Shown: piece after piece, positions 49,701 to 61,019 of the stretch | Position numbering within the stretch: the first letter of the stretch is position 1 | How the letters are laid out: the number at the start of each line of letters is the position of its first letter | From: Macrostomum lignano | Lineage: Eukaryota | Assembly: GCA_002269645.1 (NCBI GenBank) | Contig: NIVC01001359.1 | Location: 14,624-78,623, forward strand | DNA: 64,000 nucleotides | Reading direction: 5' to 3' | Notes under the pieces: generated by a model | What the model was told of the DNA's origin: nothing | What the model saw: only the letters and a program-made list of their open reading frames with translations | Databases searched by the model: none | Position numbers and translations under genes: made by a program

Positions 49701-50861
49701 CAATGACTAAAGAGTTTCAGCGCAGTCTGGAGCGCAGTCGCGATGCCGTTCTCTCGGACGCTTTGCTGTGCATATTTCAAAGTTTAACGGAAACAGAAGC
49801 CGACTCTCGTCTGATCGACGAGGCCATGGACGAAGCAAACGACGCTGATAGTTTTGACGATTGCGGCGAGAGAACGAGGATGATCTGTGCGCGTCTACAA
49901 CCGGTTCGTTTGCTTACGTCCGATTGGCGATTCAGCGAACTTTGCTGGTTTGCGTCCAAGATCGACGGCTCGAGTGCGTGATGGGTGCCGTGGCGACCAG
50001 CCTGCCGACGCGGCAAGAGCTGGCAACAGCAGCAGCAGCAAGACCCGTCGATGCAGTCGTCCTACTCGACGTCAACGCAGCGAGCTCGTCGACGACTGGC
50101 TCGACTAACGCAGACCTGCTGGGAGCGGCTGTGCGTCGAGGCGATGACTACATCGAGTGGTGGAGCTTCTTCCTTGCTTGGCGCGGTTGTCTTCGAGTCG
50201 GTGTGGGAGGTCGTCGAGTCCGACTTCGACGGGGAAAGGCAGAGACGGTTCCGGCACACGCAGCAGTTCTCCAGGTGACGTGTTAATGAGGGTTCTTGTT
50301 GGTTGCTTTGTTAGCAGGGGGTCTTTAGGTGCTGGAAAATATTATGGCTGGTAAAATTGGGAGGGTCAAACCACGCCACCCTCTTGTTATTTTTCATGGC
50401 GACATTTTTCAAGCTATTGGAGAGATTAGACGATTCAAATCTGCTTTGAGAGTCTAGTTTTATCAGTATAGTCGAAATTGAATCTCGTAAAATTGCCAGA
50501 GCACTTGACTGTTGTGTTCATTCCTTTTAGGCCCTATCCCTCTGGCTTGTCCGCGCTGCAGAGCAGCAGTACAAAACATTCGCGACAGTTTGATCAGCAC
50601 CAGCAGGATCAGGATCTTCAATATCAGACAACGCAACCGCTCAGACGCAGATTGATGTCGATTTCGCCGGGAACAACTGCAACAACTCGTCGGCCTCGTC
50701 GATCTTCGCTGAACATTCGCGAGCTGCAGCAGCAGCAGCGACAGAGGAATATGGACAAGACGCTGCGTTCAATGACTGGGCGCCTCATTGCTGAGCAGGT
50801 CTGGAGGGCCTGCATGAAAGCGCAGCTGATGCAGCGGCTTCGGCTTCGCTCTTCTGCGTGA
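46762..50861 (+). CDS. Uncharacterised protein with two degenerate KH-like segments and Q-rich tracts, interrupted by ~3 frameshifts
   Basis: Exons 46762-47115 (phase 0), 48084-50274 (phase 2), 50531-50861. RLRKIESTCGCKISW and RLKAMEQRTGCRLEL resemble KH alpha2-beta2. Exon 2 needs frame changes near 49300-49580, ~49950 and ~50135. Confidence 0.55.
47385..48045. repeat. Intronic minisatellite, 21-bp unit CGGTCCTACCTTTCCGACACA
   Basis: Intron 1 of the 46762 gene. Confidence 0.95.
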
Positions 50862-51717
50862 CAAAGGACAACTCTTGAATCAAAGCGGATTTCCGTTCGG
50901 AGCGCAGCATTTCAGCAATAAAGTGCTGCTGTTAGTCTCTGCCTTCTGACCAAATCCCCAATAGGTTTTTTGTGTTTATGTTAGGACGAAGCATCGAGAG
51001 GGCGAGGTGTGAAGCGATTTCTTAGAAATAGTTTCTCCGTAGGTTTTTATTTAAATAGTTCTCCAAACGGTACTATTTTTAGTCTTTCAAAGTTCTTTTC
51101 AGAACGCATCGGTGTTGTAGCCTCTTTAAGTCGTTTAAGACTATTTTGAGCTTTCTTTTTTAGAACTCCATAGCGTGGAATTTCTTGCGATTGTCATACA
51201 ATAGCCCAATAGGCTGCACATTTTTTCCTTGTTCTTACGTCTTTTTTATTAGTTGGAAGTGCATTTGAATTTTTCAGTGTTTTCTTCTGTTTTTCTTACG
51301 AACAATACTATATTGAAGATTTTTTACACGGTAACAGCTTATCTATAAGGAAACACGCACTAGCTTGTAAGTTTTGCAAAGAAATAAATAAATAAGTATT
51401 TTTTTGTTTAAACAAATACTGTAGAAAATCTACAAGGGTATTTTGGTGAATATACTTCTGGTCTTCGCGGTTGGCCCTTATGGTATAGTGAATCGCACTA
51501 TAGTACAATCCCCTATGGCTAATTTTCGTACACACAGGCCGCACGGAATTAACTAAACAGGCATGAGTAACTGTATGAAACTGGATGGACATTTTTATCA
51601 TTAGTAAAATTTAGGGCATCAGTACAGAAACTCTATACACTCTTTGCAGTACGATAATACGCATATCAACATTTTTTTTTTTTCTGAAGCAATAATAATT
51701 AATTACACCTGCCTTAA

Positions 51718-52311
51718 CAGTAGGAATACCAAGCCATTTTTCCGCCCGTCGAACTACCAAGAGGGGGGGGGAATTTCCCCCCCCCTGACAATTTTGAAGG
51801 TGCCGACGGTGTCGGGATGATGACGGAATGCTCAGGAGACTAGCTGAGGGTGTCCGGCAGTTGAGGCTTGCCTACTGTCGAGGCTTGATCGGTGAACCTC
51901 GAGAAATTCGCATCAAGGTATTCATAGTCACCTGGTGCCACCTGTTGAAGGTCTAGAAGCTCCGTCTCGGTGAAGGCCAGTAACCAACGAAGTCAGAGCT
52001 GATGCAGACACATTTGGTCGACGTGCTGATGAAATTTGGAGACTTGGCAAGGCTGCACTGAGGCGCAGTGCTGATTGGCGCACAGGGGTGTGCTGAATAC
52101 GCTAGCGCTTATGGGAAAAATCCGACCTTCTGGCAGAGTCGTCGAATATCTCGACGGTCCGGAGGGCTGGCGACTTGATTCTTGTTTGAGAAGGTGCGCA
52201 ACAAAAAGTTAGCCCGTGTTTTTTTGTGTGTCTGCGTTGCTCCGTTCCGGCGCAGCAAAAAAAATTGTCAGGGGGGGGGGAATTTCCCCCCCCCTCTTGG
52301 TAGTTCTACTG
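51718..52311. mobile_element. piggyBac-like non-autonomous element (TTAA TSD, 16-bp TIR plus internal inverted repeat)
   Basis: TTAA at 51714-17 and 52312-15; TIRs CAGTAGGAATACCAAG / CAGTAGAACTACCAAG (14/16); ~45-bp internal IR at 51751-51795 and 52261-52306. Confidence 0.8.
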
Positions 52312-52379
52312 TTAATGGCCAGATGTGCAACCGACAGCTCAGCCGCAGCTACTGCGCGGCGCATCTGAAGGCTGCGTAC

Positions 52380-52550
52380 GGCTGTTCCGTCCAAGGACTG
52401 GGGGGGGGGGTCGCTACACACATCCTTAATTACCCCAGCTAATGCTGGCACCCATTTTACAGCTGGGTGAACTGAAGCAATGCAGAGTTTTAAGTGTCTC
52501 TTGCTTAAAGACACAAATTGTTCCAGTGGGATCGGGAATCGAACCCGCCA
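52380..52550 (-). mobile_element. tRNA-derived CORE-type SINE copy
   Basis: The - strand reads GGTTCGATTCC (Pol III B box), then the same CORE-like body and 3' tail as 9754-9895. Confidence 0.75.
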
Positions 52551-52879
52551 ACCCCCCCAAAAGACCAGGAAACAAGACCGATTGATAATACTATATTTTA
52601 TTTACTGGTCTGTGGTGCTGTGACTTAACTTGGAGTATTTGCCTGTGACCCCATGCAGAGTTTACTCATTCTGTGACTCATCCCACAGATGGGAGCAGAT
52701 TTTAGTATATGGAATTCTCTCCAGACAAAAGCTATCTGCAGAGGCGCAGCATAAAGAACAATGCCTACCATTATTCCTGTACAAAACAGAATAAGCTGCG
52801 TTAAATAATTCCAGAATTATGTAATTGAATAATAATTGAATCATATGAATCATTTTTCCTGAGGCCTAGATAAAAGAGG

Positions 52880-54085
52880 GGAAAGAGGAGAGGAGAGGAG
52901 AGGAGAGGAGAGGAGAGAAGAGAGAGAGGGGAGAGAGGAGAGGAGAGGAGAGGAGAGGAGAGGAGAGGAGAGGAGAGGAGAGGAGAGGAGGAGGAGAGGA
53001 GAGGAGAGGAGAGGAGAGGAGAGAAGAGGAGAGAGGGAGAGAGGAGAGGAGAGGAGAGGAGAGGAGAGGAGAGGAAAGGAGAGGAGAGGAGAGGAGGAGG
53101 AGAGGAGAGGAGAGGAGAGGAGAGGAGAGGAGAGGAGAGAAGAGGAGAGGAGAGGAGAGAGGGGAGAGAGGAGAGGAGAGGAGAGGAGAGAAGAGGAGAG
53201 GGGAGAGAGGAGAGGAGAGGAGAGGAGAGGAAAGGAGAGGAGAGGAGAGGAGGAGGAGAGGAGAGGAGGAGGAGAGGAGAGGAGAGGAGAGGAGAGGAGA
53301 GGAGAGGAGAGAAGAGGAGAGGAGAGGAGAGAGGGGAGAGAGGAGAGGAGAGGAGAGGAGAGGAGAGGAGGGGAGAGGAGAGGAGAGGAGAGGAGAGGAG
53401 AGGAGAGGAGAGGAGAGGAGATCGAGGAAACGAGAGAGGAGAGGAGAGGAGAGGAGAGGAGAGAAGAGGAGAGGAGAGGAGAGGAGTGAAGAGGAGAAGA
53501 GAGGAGAGAGGGAGAGAGGAGAGGAGAGGAGAGGAGAGGAGAGGAGAGGAGAGGAGAGGAGAGGAGAGGGATCGAGGAAAGGAGAGAGGAGAGGAGAGGA
53601 GAGGAGAGGAGAGGGATCGAGGAAAGGAGAGAGGAGAGGAGAGGAGAGGAGAGGAGAGGAGAGGAGAGGAGAGGAGAGGAGAGGAGAGAGGAGAGGAGAG
53701 GAGAGGAGAGGAGATCGAGGAGAGGAGAGGAGAGGAGAGAGAGGAGAGGAGAGGAGAGGAGAGGAGAGGAGAGGAGGAGGGAGAGGAGAGGAGAGGAGAG
53801 GAGAGGAGAGGAGAGGAGAGGAGAGGAGAGGAGAGGAGAGGAGAGGAGAAGAGAGGAGAGGAGAGGAGAGGAGAGGAGAGAGGGAGAGAGGAGAGGAAGA
53901 AGAGAGGAGAGGAGAGGAGAGAGGAGAGGAGAGGAGAGGAGATCGAGGAGAGGAGAGGAGAGGAGATCGAGGAGAGGAGAGGAGAGGAGAGGAGAGGAGA
54001 GGAGAGGAGAGGAGAGGAGAGGAGAGGGGAGATAGGAGAGGAGAGGAGAGAAAGGGGAGAGGAGAGGAAGGGGAGAGAGGAGAAC
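52880..54085. repeat. (GGAGA)n pentanucleotide polypurine tract, ~1.2 kb
   Basis: Read directly. Confidence 0.97.
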
Positions 54086-54984
54086 TGAGAAGCGAATAAA
54101 CCCAGAGCAGGTCGGATTGTGACATATGACAGAGTGGAAGAGTGTGAAACAGATTGTGAAAGAGTTGCTGTGACTGAGGCACAAAAAATCATCAATTCTT
54201 TTCCCTGTCTAGTCAGCCCCACCTGTACAGATTGACAACAGCTGCATAGATCGAGTGTACATTCCATTTTACATTGAGTACGACCAACACTAAAATCTCT
54301 GTATTTTTCGCAAGCTAGCCAGTTGTTCTCTCTAACCTCGTCCCCCACCTCAGCAACAAATCTGCATCCCAAGGATTTGTAAAGACAGTGGATGTTGTTG
54401 CAATTCCAGCTTTTATGGATGAGAAAGATAATTGTAAAATATTAAGCATTATTTTATTTTTTAAATCTTAGATGTAATTGAAATCCTGTATGGCGCTGAG
54501 GGAACAACAAGTTACCGGGACGTTGAGAAGGCAGTCATGTCCAAAAGCAATGCAATAGTTATACATGCATTCTCACAATCCAACGCAATGCAATGTAATC
54601 AAATCACAAATCACTCAATAACTGGAGTGAATACAAATTTCAAATTTCATCATTTCAAACCAAATAATTAAAGAAGGTATTCGCAACCTTAACTGAAGTT
54701 TATTTAAGTACTTAAAACACTAATTTAAAGCAGAAATATATTATAGCACGATTTATTTGGTTTAAATATTCTATTACAGAACTTATAGCAAATGTTTCAT
54801 TAGACTTTGCACTATTGCCGCAAACATTAACAGCGATTTATAAAATTTTCGTATAATCACACTATATTTTCAAACGTTAAAGGAAAATTTGTTTTCTTAG
54901 AAAGGTGTCATTATAACAATAAAACTTTCTAAACGATGTCTCAGCAGATGATTCGTTTTTTGCAATCGATGTTCGATGTTGCAA

Positions 54985-57160
54985 TTAGGCAGCGAACCGA
55001 GCCAAATCGGCTTTAAACTGAGCCTCACACTTGGCCAGAAGCTCGGGCCCAGTCAGGATGTCAATGCCAGTCATGGCCAGGGCCTTGGCCTGAGCCAGAG
55101 TATACGGCTGGGCCTCCGGTAGGTTAACAAATCGTGTGAACTCCACGCTATGGTTGGGCGCGTCGCCGCCCATGTAGAACATGGGATGGATTGCCGGCAC
55201 AGTGTAACTAACGTTGCCCATATCTGTTGAACCCGACGGCAGTTCCGTGATGCCAACGTGTTCAACACCTAGAGCGGTCAGATTGGCGCTATAGGCAGCT
55301 CCGAGTGGCGCGTTGCAGATGACGCTGCTGTAGCCGCGGCTTATGTCCTCGATGCTGCATTCGCAGCCGGAGGCGACCGCGCCAGCCCGGAGGCAGGCTT
55401 CAACTCGAGCTCGGAGTACGGCCAGTTCGCGATCGCTAGGACAGCGGACGAAATAGTCTGACGAAATTGATGTTGAAAGAAACATTGTTTCGGATCGAAG
55501 CAGATTTAAGGTGTCAACTTCTAAACAATAACTAAAACGTAATACGTAATACGTCAAGAAAGCCATAGAATTTAAAGTGCAAGTTCAGCTTCAACCATGA
55601 CAGATGGTTTCTGCATCAAGAGGCTTTAGCACCGCTTTGGCACCAAGAGGCTTTGGCACCAAGGGCCTTTAGCACCAAGGGGCTTTAGCACCAAGGGGCT
55701 TTAGCACCAAGGGGCTTTAGCACCAAGAGGCTTTAGCACCAAGAGACTTTAGCACCAAGAGGCTTTAGCACCAAGGGGCTTTAGCACCAAGGGGCTTTAG
55801 CACCAAGGGGCTTTAGCACCAAGAGGCTTTAGCACCAAGGGGCTTTAGCACCAAGAGACTTTAGCACCAAGAGGCTTTAGCACCAAGGGGCTTTAGCACC
55901 AAGAGGCGAGGCTTTAGCACCAAGGGGCTTTAGCACCAAGGGGCTTTAGCACCAAGAGGCGAGGCTTTAGCACCAAGAGGCTTTAGCACCAAGGGGCTTG
56001 GGCACCAAGAGGCTTTAGCACCAAAGGGCGCCAGCACCAAGGGGCGCCAGCACCAAGGGGCGCCAGCACCAAGGGGCGCCAGCACCAAGGGGCGCCAGCA
56101 CCAAGGGGCGCCAGCACCAAGGGGCGCCAGCACCAAGGGGCGCCAGCACCAAGGGGCGCCAGCACCAAGGGGCGCCAGCACCAAGGGGCGCCAGCACCAA
56201 GGGGCGCCAGCACCAAGGGGCGCCAGCACCAAGGGGCTTTAGGATCAAGGGGCTTTAGGATCAAGGGGCTTTAGGATCAAGGGGCTTTAGGATCAAGGGG
56301 CTTTAGCACAAGGAAACAACAGGGGGCCTTACATCATCAGTATTCAATGGTAACTGCACCATTTCACGTTCAGCAAACATTATTTTCAGCAGACAATTTA
56401 ACAGAGTTACGTTGAATAACTTTTATCAAATCGACTCACCCAGCACAGCTCGCTCAGGGATGATATTGGGCCGCTGGCCGCCCTCCTTCACGATGCCGTG
56501 CACCCGCCACTCCGGCCGCATCTGCTGCCGCAAGTTCGACACGCTCTGGTAGGCCGTCACGGCCGCGTCAAGGGCGTTGAGGCCCTCCCAGGGCGAGCCG
56601 GCAGCGTGGGACGCCTTGCCGGTGTACGTTGCTCGGAGGAAAGCCACACTGAGGTGCGGCACGTGCACTGCCGTCAGCTTGTACGGGTGCGCCATGAGGG
56701 CCACGTCAACGTCTTTGAAGAAGCCGGCCTCAATAAAGTTGATCTTTCCGCCGTAGTGCTCCTCTGCCGGCGTCCCGAGCACCGTGACCCTGCCGGCCAC
56801 GCCGCCCGCCTCCATGGCCGCCTTGATGCCCAGACCGGCACCCACCGCCACCTCGGCGATCAGGTTGTGTCCGCAGGCGTGCCCGATGCCCGGCAGAGCG
56901 TCGAACTCGCACATCACGGCGATGTGGGGCCGCCCGGCGCCAGCAGACCCGAACTCGGCCTTGAACCCGGTGTCCAGCACGAAGTGCCGCGTCACGCTGA
57001 AGCCCGACGACTCCAGCGTCTCCGTCAGCAGCTGGTGCGCCATTCGCTCCTCCAGCGCCAGCTCCGGGTTCTGCCACAGGCGGGAACTGACGCCGAGCAG
57101 CAGCTCGCGCGACTCGTCGATCTTGGCGGCCGCGACATCCTTCAGCTGCTGCGGATTCAT
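54985..57160 (-). CDS. PM20D2: Peptidase M20 domain-containing protein 2 (M20D/ACY1L2-like), paralogue C, 397 aa
   Basis: Exons 57160-56440 (phase 1) and 55457-54985. EFDALPGIGHACGHNLIA, GTPAEE, MAHP, GKASHAAGSPWEGLNALDA, GGQRPNIIPE and GSTDMGNVS are all intact. Confidence 0.92.
55625..56310. repeat. Intronic minisatellite, 16-bp unit GCACCAAGGGGCTTTA / GCACCAAGGGGCGCCA
   Basis: Intron of PM20D2 paralogue C. Confidence 0.95.
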
Positions 57161-57574
57161 CAGAGCAGTCGCTGAAATGCGGTTGGTAGAAAACCTGAGA
57201 CAATGAGACCTGTAGCGGAATAACGGACTAAAGAAACTGTATCTCGCTACTAACAAGTAAGCAGAAATAACCTGAAAATACATATTTGAGAGCGAAAACG
57301 CCTGGAACTGGAAAAATGTTCAATTATGTATATTTAGGACTATCAAATAGTTCTATTGGAATTAGTCCACTTAATTCAAATTACGATTAAAACAGTTTTC
57401 ATGAGGATATTTTCTCGATTGCTTCATGATAAAATATAAACATTGCAATTCAGTAATTTTTTAGCAAAAAAGACTTTAATAAAGCTTTCGTACCAACTAT
57501 TTTGGTTAGAAAAATTTGCACTAGGCAACGAAAAAACACATTTTCGAGTTTCCCATCACAATCAGCTCCAGCCA

Positions 57575-57780
57575 CAGGTGCTCAGCTCATCCTTGAGTCT
57601 CCCATTACCCTCAGCTCATCCTTGAGTCTCCCATCATCCTCAGCTCATCCTTGAGTCTCCCATCACCCTCCGCTCTAGCCACAGATGTTCAGCTCATCCT
57701 TGAGTCTTCCATTACCCTCAGCTCTTCCTTGAGTCTCCCATCACCCTCCGCTCATCCTTGAGTCTCCCATCACCCCCGGC
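57575..57780. repeat. ~29-bp tandem repeat CAGCTCATCCTTGAGTCTCCCATCACCCT
   Basis: Just downstream of the paralogue B stop codon. Confidence 0.85.
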
Positions 57781-57782
57781 TC

Positions 57783-59064
57783 TTAGCCGTAGATGCTCAG
57801 ATCCTCATGAAAAGTTTCCCAGCATCGCTGCACCAGCGCAGGCTCCGTGAGCACATCGATGCCGGTCATCGCCAGAGCCTTGGCCTGCTCCAGGACGTAA
57901 CGCTGCGCCTCAGCAGCTCCGGCCAGCACCGCAAATCCCGCACTATGCGTGGCAGCGTCGCCACCGATGAAGAACATCGGATGAATGGACGGCACCTCGT
58001 AGCTCACATTGCCCATGTCGGTTGAGCCGGTGGGCTCCGGGTACAGCTGAGTGTGCTCAACACCCAGAGCTCTCAAGTTCGCACTGTAGGCGCCAGCAAG
58101 AGCGCGATTGGGAATCACATTCTTGTACTCAGGTTCCGACTCTGAGATGAGGCACTCGCATCCGGTTGCCATGGCAGCCGCATGCATGCATTGCTTCACT
58201 TTGTTGAGCAGCAGTTGCGAGTCGCCGCCAGTTGAAGCTCGGGTGCAGTACTCTGGAAGTTGAAGCGTTTGCTGCGTCACCAAGATACAAGAGCTTAGTT
58301 TTGCACTTTTAATCCGCACTACAGATTGCACTAATAACCTGACCTAGCACAGCTCGCTCAGGGATGATGTTGGGCCGCTGGCCGCCCTCCTTCACGATGC
58401 CGTGCACCCGCCAGTCCGGCCGCATCTGCTGCCGCAGGTTCGACACGCTCTGGTAGGCCGTCACGGCCGCGTCAAGGGCGTTGAGGCCCTCCCAGGGCGA
58501 GCCGGCCGCGTGGGACGCCTTGCCGGTGAAGATAACCTCAATACTACTCAGACTCAAGTGAGCGCTGTGTACCGTTGTCATGCGGTCTGGATGCGCCATC
58601 AGAGCGACGTCAACGTCTTTGAAAAAACCCGCATTGATCATGTTGATCTTGCCGCCCTGTGCCTCCTCTGCCGGCGTCCCGAGCACCGTGACCCTGCCGG
58701 CCAGGCCGCCCGCCTCCATGGCCGCCTTGATGCCCAGACCGGCACCCACCGCCACCTCGGCGATCAGGTTGTGTCCGCAGGCGTGCCCGATGCCCGGCAG
58801 AGCGTCGAACTCGCACATCACGGCGATGTGGGGCCGCCCGGCGCCAGCAGACCCGAACTCGGCCTTGAACCCGGTGTCCAGCACAAAGTGCCGCGTCACG
58901 CTGAAGCCCGACGACTCCAGCGTCTCCGTCAGCAGCTGGTGCGCCATTCGCTCCTCCAGCGCCAGCTCCGGGTTCTGCCACAGGCGAGAACTGACGCTGA
59001 GCAGCAGCTCGCGCGACTCGTCGATCTTGGCGGCAGCGACATCCTTCAGCTGCTGCGGATTCAT
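57783..59064 (-). CDS. PM20D2: Peptidase M20 domain-containing protein 2, paralogue B, 396 aa
   Basis: Exons 59064-58344 and 58252-57783 (91-nt intron at the same position and phase as in C); all family motifs intact. Confidence 0.92.
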
Positions 59065-59211
59065 CAGAGCAGTCGCTGAAAATGCAGTCATGTAAACTAA
59101 TAGTACTCGTAACTGATATTAAGCTAGGTAAACTTCAGAAGTAAAAAAAATATTAGATCAGAAGACAAAAAAAACAAATTGAAAGTTTCATACAGGTATT
59201 AATACGAGCCC

Positions 59212-60027
59212 CTCAGCAACATTGAAAGTTTCCACCCTAGCGCGCGAAGGGTCAACGTTTTGGTGGGTGGAGATCTTTGTGGTTTGAGCCATAGACAAAT
59301 ATATAATCCGGATTCGAACGAAGCAAAGGAACAGCAAAGAGCAAGTGCACTCCAACCGATGCAGGGCTACATTCCTGTTACTAGGCAGTGCTGTCGGATT
59401 CGCCTTCAAAGGAGTCGTCAAAGGAGTGAGCACCACGCTGCTCGTTTCTCTGCACTTGATCTGCAGTTTGCGGATTGCTGTGTGCGACCGCCCAATTTGG
59501 CTAGCAACAGCTCGGATGGACATCCCAGCGTCCAGCATGCCAATGGCCCGCGCTCGTATCAGGTCGGTCATTTGGCGAACCATTGCGTTCGGTTGCGAAC
59601 GTGGATTTTAGACTCCTTTAAGCAGCTGCTGTCTGCTCCATGTGACTGTTTCCTTCGAGCTGTCTGGCGTCATGACCCAAGTTTTTGTCTATGGCCCAAG
59701 TGCGTGTTGACGAAATCATCAATCGTCTATGGCACTTGACGAAATCATCAATCGTCTATGGCACAAGTGCGTGTTGACGAAATCATCAATCGTCTATGGC
59801 ACTTGACGAAATCATCAATCGTCTATGGCACTTGACGAAATCATCAATCGTCTATGGCACTTGACGAAATCATCAATCGTCTATGGCACTTGACGAAATC
59901 ATCAATCGTCTATGGCACAAGTGCGTGTTGACGAAATCATCAATCGTCTATGGCACAAGTCTGGCGACAAAAACCATTTTTGAAACTGGCTGGCGCGAGG
60001 GTGGAAACTTTTCAATGTTGCTGAGTG
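59212..60027 (-). mobile_element. Internally deleted Tc1/mariner element
   Basis: Transposase N-terminal HTH MVRQMTDLIRARAIGMLDAGMSIRAVASQIGRSHTAIRKLQIKCRETSSV at 59583-~59431, then truncated; inverted ends CTCAGCAACATTGAAA(A)GTTTCCACCCT at 59212-59238 and 59998-60025. Confidence 0.8.
59700..59960. repeat. ~30/39-bp tandem repeat TTGACGAAATCATCAATCGTCTATGGCAC inside the Tc1 relic
   Basis: Read directly. Confidence 0.9.
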
Positions 60028-60401
60028 TAGAGCCGGGGTAGACCAGCTCAGCGGTAAAAGCGTCCGACCCTTCGCGGCCACATTCATTTGGGGCTTGTGT
60101 GTGCAAGAAGGGGGAGTTTGTCCTGCGATTTACAGCCACGAGGACCAAGGACCACCCTGTGGAACATTATATATTAGACTATGATTTAAAATACGAGATC
60201 CTTTAACGAGCTAGTGGAGAAAAAGTTAAAACAGCATAAAATATTGTAAATTACAGCTTGCGGCTGCATGAAAGTCATTTAATTAGGGTTAGGACATAAA
60301 TGGTAAAGTTTTTAACATTGACAGAGAAAGAACATTGCTAGTAGAACTAATTATACAGCTTTGATGGCCTTTCCAGATAACTTTTGACAACCAAACTGAC
60401 G

Positions 60402-60578
60402 ATCCTCAATACGCTGCCTGCGAGGGGCCTTGGCTGCGTGTTGCCTTAGTCTATGAACCATAGACTGCAAGTGATAAAAAGCTACCCACATTGAGAATCG
60501 ATCGTTTTATTACTTTCCATGGTTCATAGACTATGGCAAGAAGCAGCCAAGACCCCTCGCAGGCAGCGTATGCAGGAT
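60402..60578. repeat. Long inverted repeat/hairpin (60-bp arms, 57-nt loop), MITE-like
   Basis: 60402-60461 versus the reverse complement of 60519-60578 match at 54/60; weaker complementarity extends about 20 bp further out. Confidence 0.85.
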
Positions 60579-61019
60579 TCTCAGTTAGGCTGACAAAAGC
60601 TATAGTAGCGTTGTATGTTGGCAAAGCACTACCGGGTGAGGATTTACCATAGACATTCTCGGCTTTTTGTACGGAAATTTAATCTCGAATTATCTGCAGT
60701 TAAAGGACCCACTCCATCCATTTAGATAGAATAATTGCCATCCCAGTGGTCTGCTTTCCCAAATTGATTCTAATTACTCAGCCACAAAATTAGTACATAA
60801 AAATTTATATTAATGCACGTTAGTAGCTATATGGGTTAAAAATAAAAAATCTAGTTACAAAATTGCGTAGAACAATATCTCTAGCATGGAAAACTGTAGT
60901 AGTCTTAAAATCGTAGAAAGACCCTGGCCTACACTCGCCAGTTCGCAATTCATATAATTTTTTTACAAATAGTTGTATCAAAATCAAATGAAAACGGTAC
61001 CCAGGCCAAGCAGCGTCCC

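Noticed and set aside
54090-54372. Cys-rich unique sequence at the start of the 523-aa - strand ORF, and possible exon-like sequence at 52690-52800
   Set aside because: No recognisable motif or consistent splice partners; cannot be supported without expression data.
54985-59064. Bacterial contamination or recent HGT origin for the GC-rich M20 amidohydrolases
   Set aside because: They have canonical spliceosomal introns at a shared position and host-type intronic minisatellites; PM20D2 is a normal animal family.
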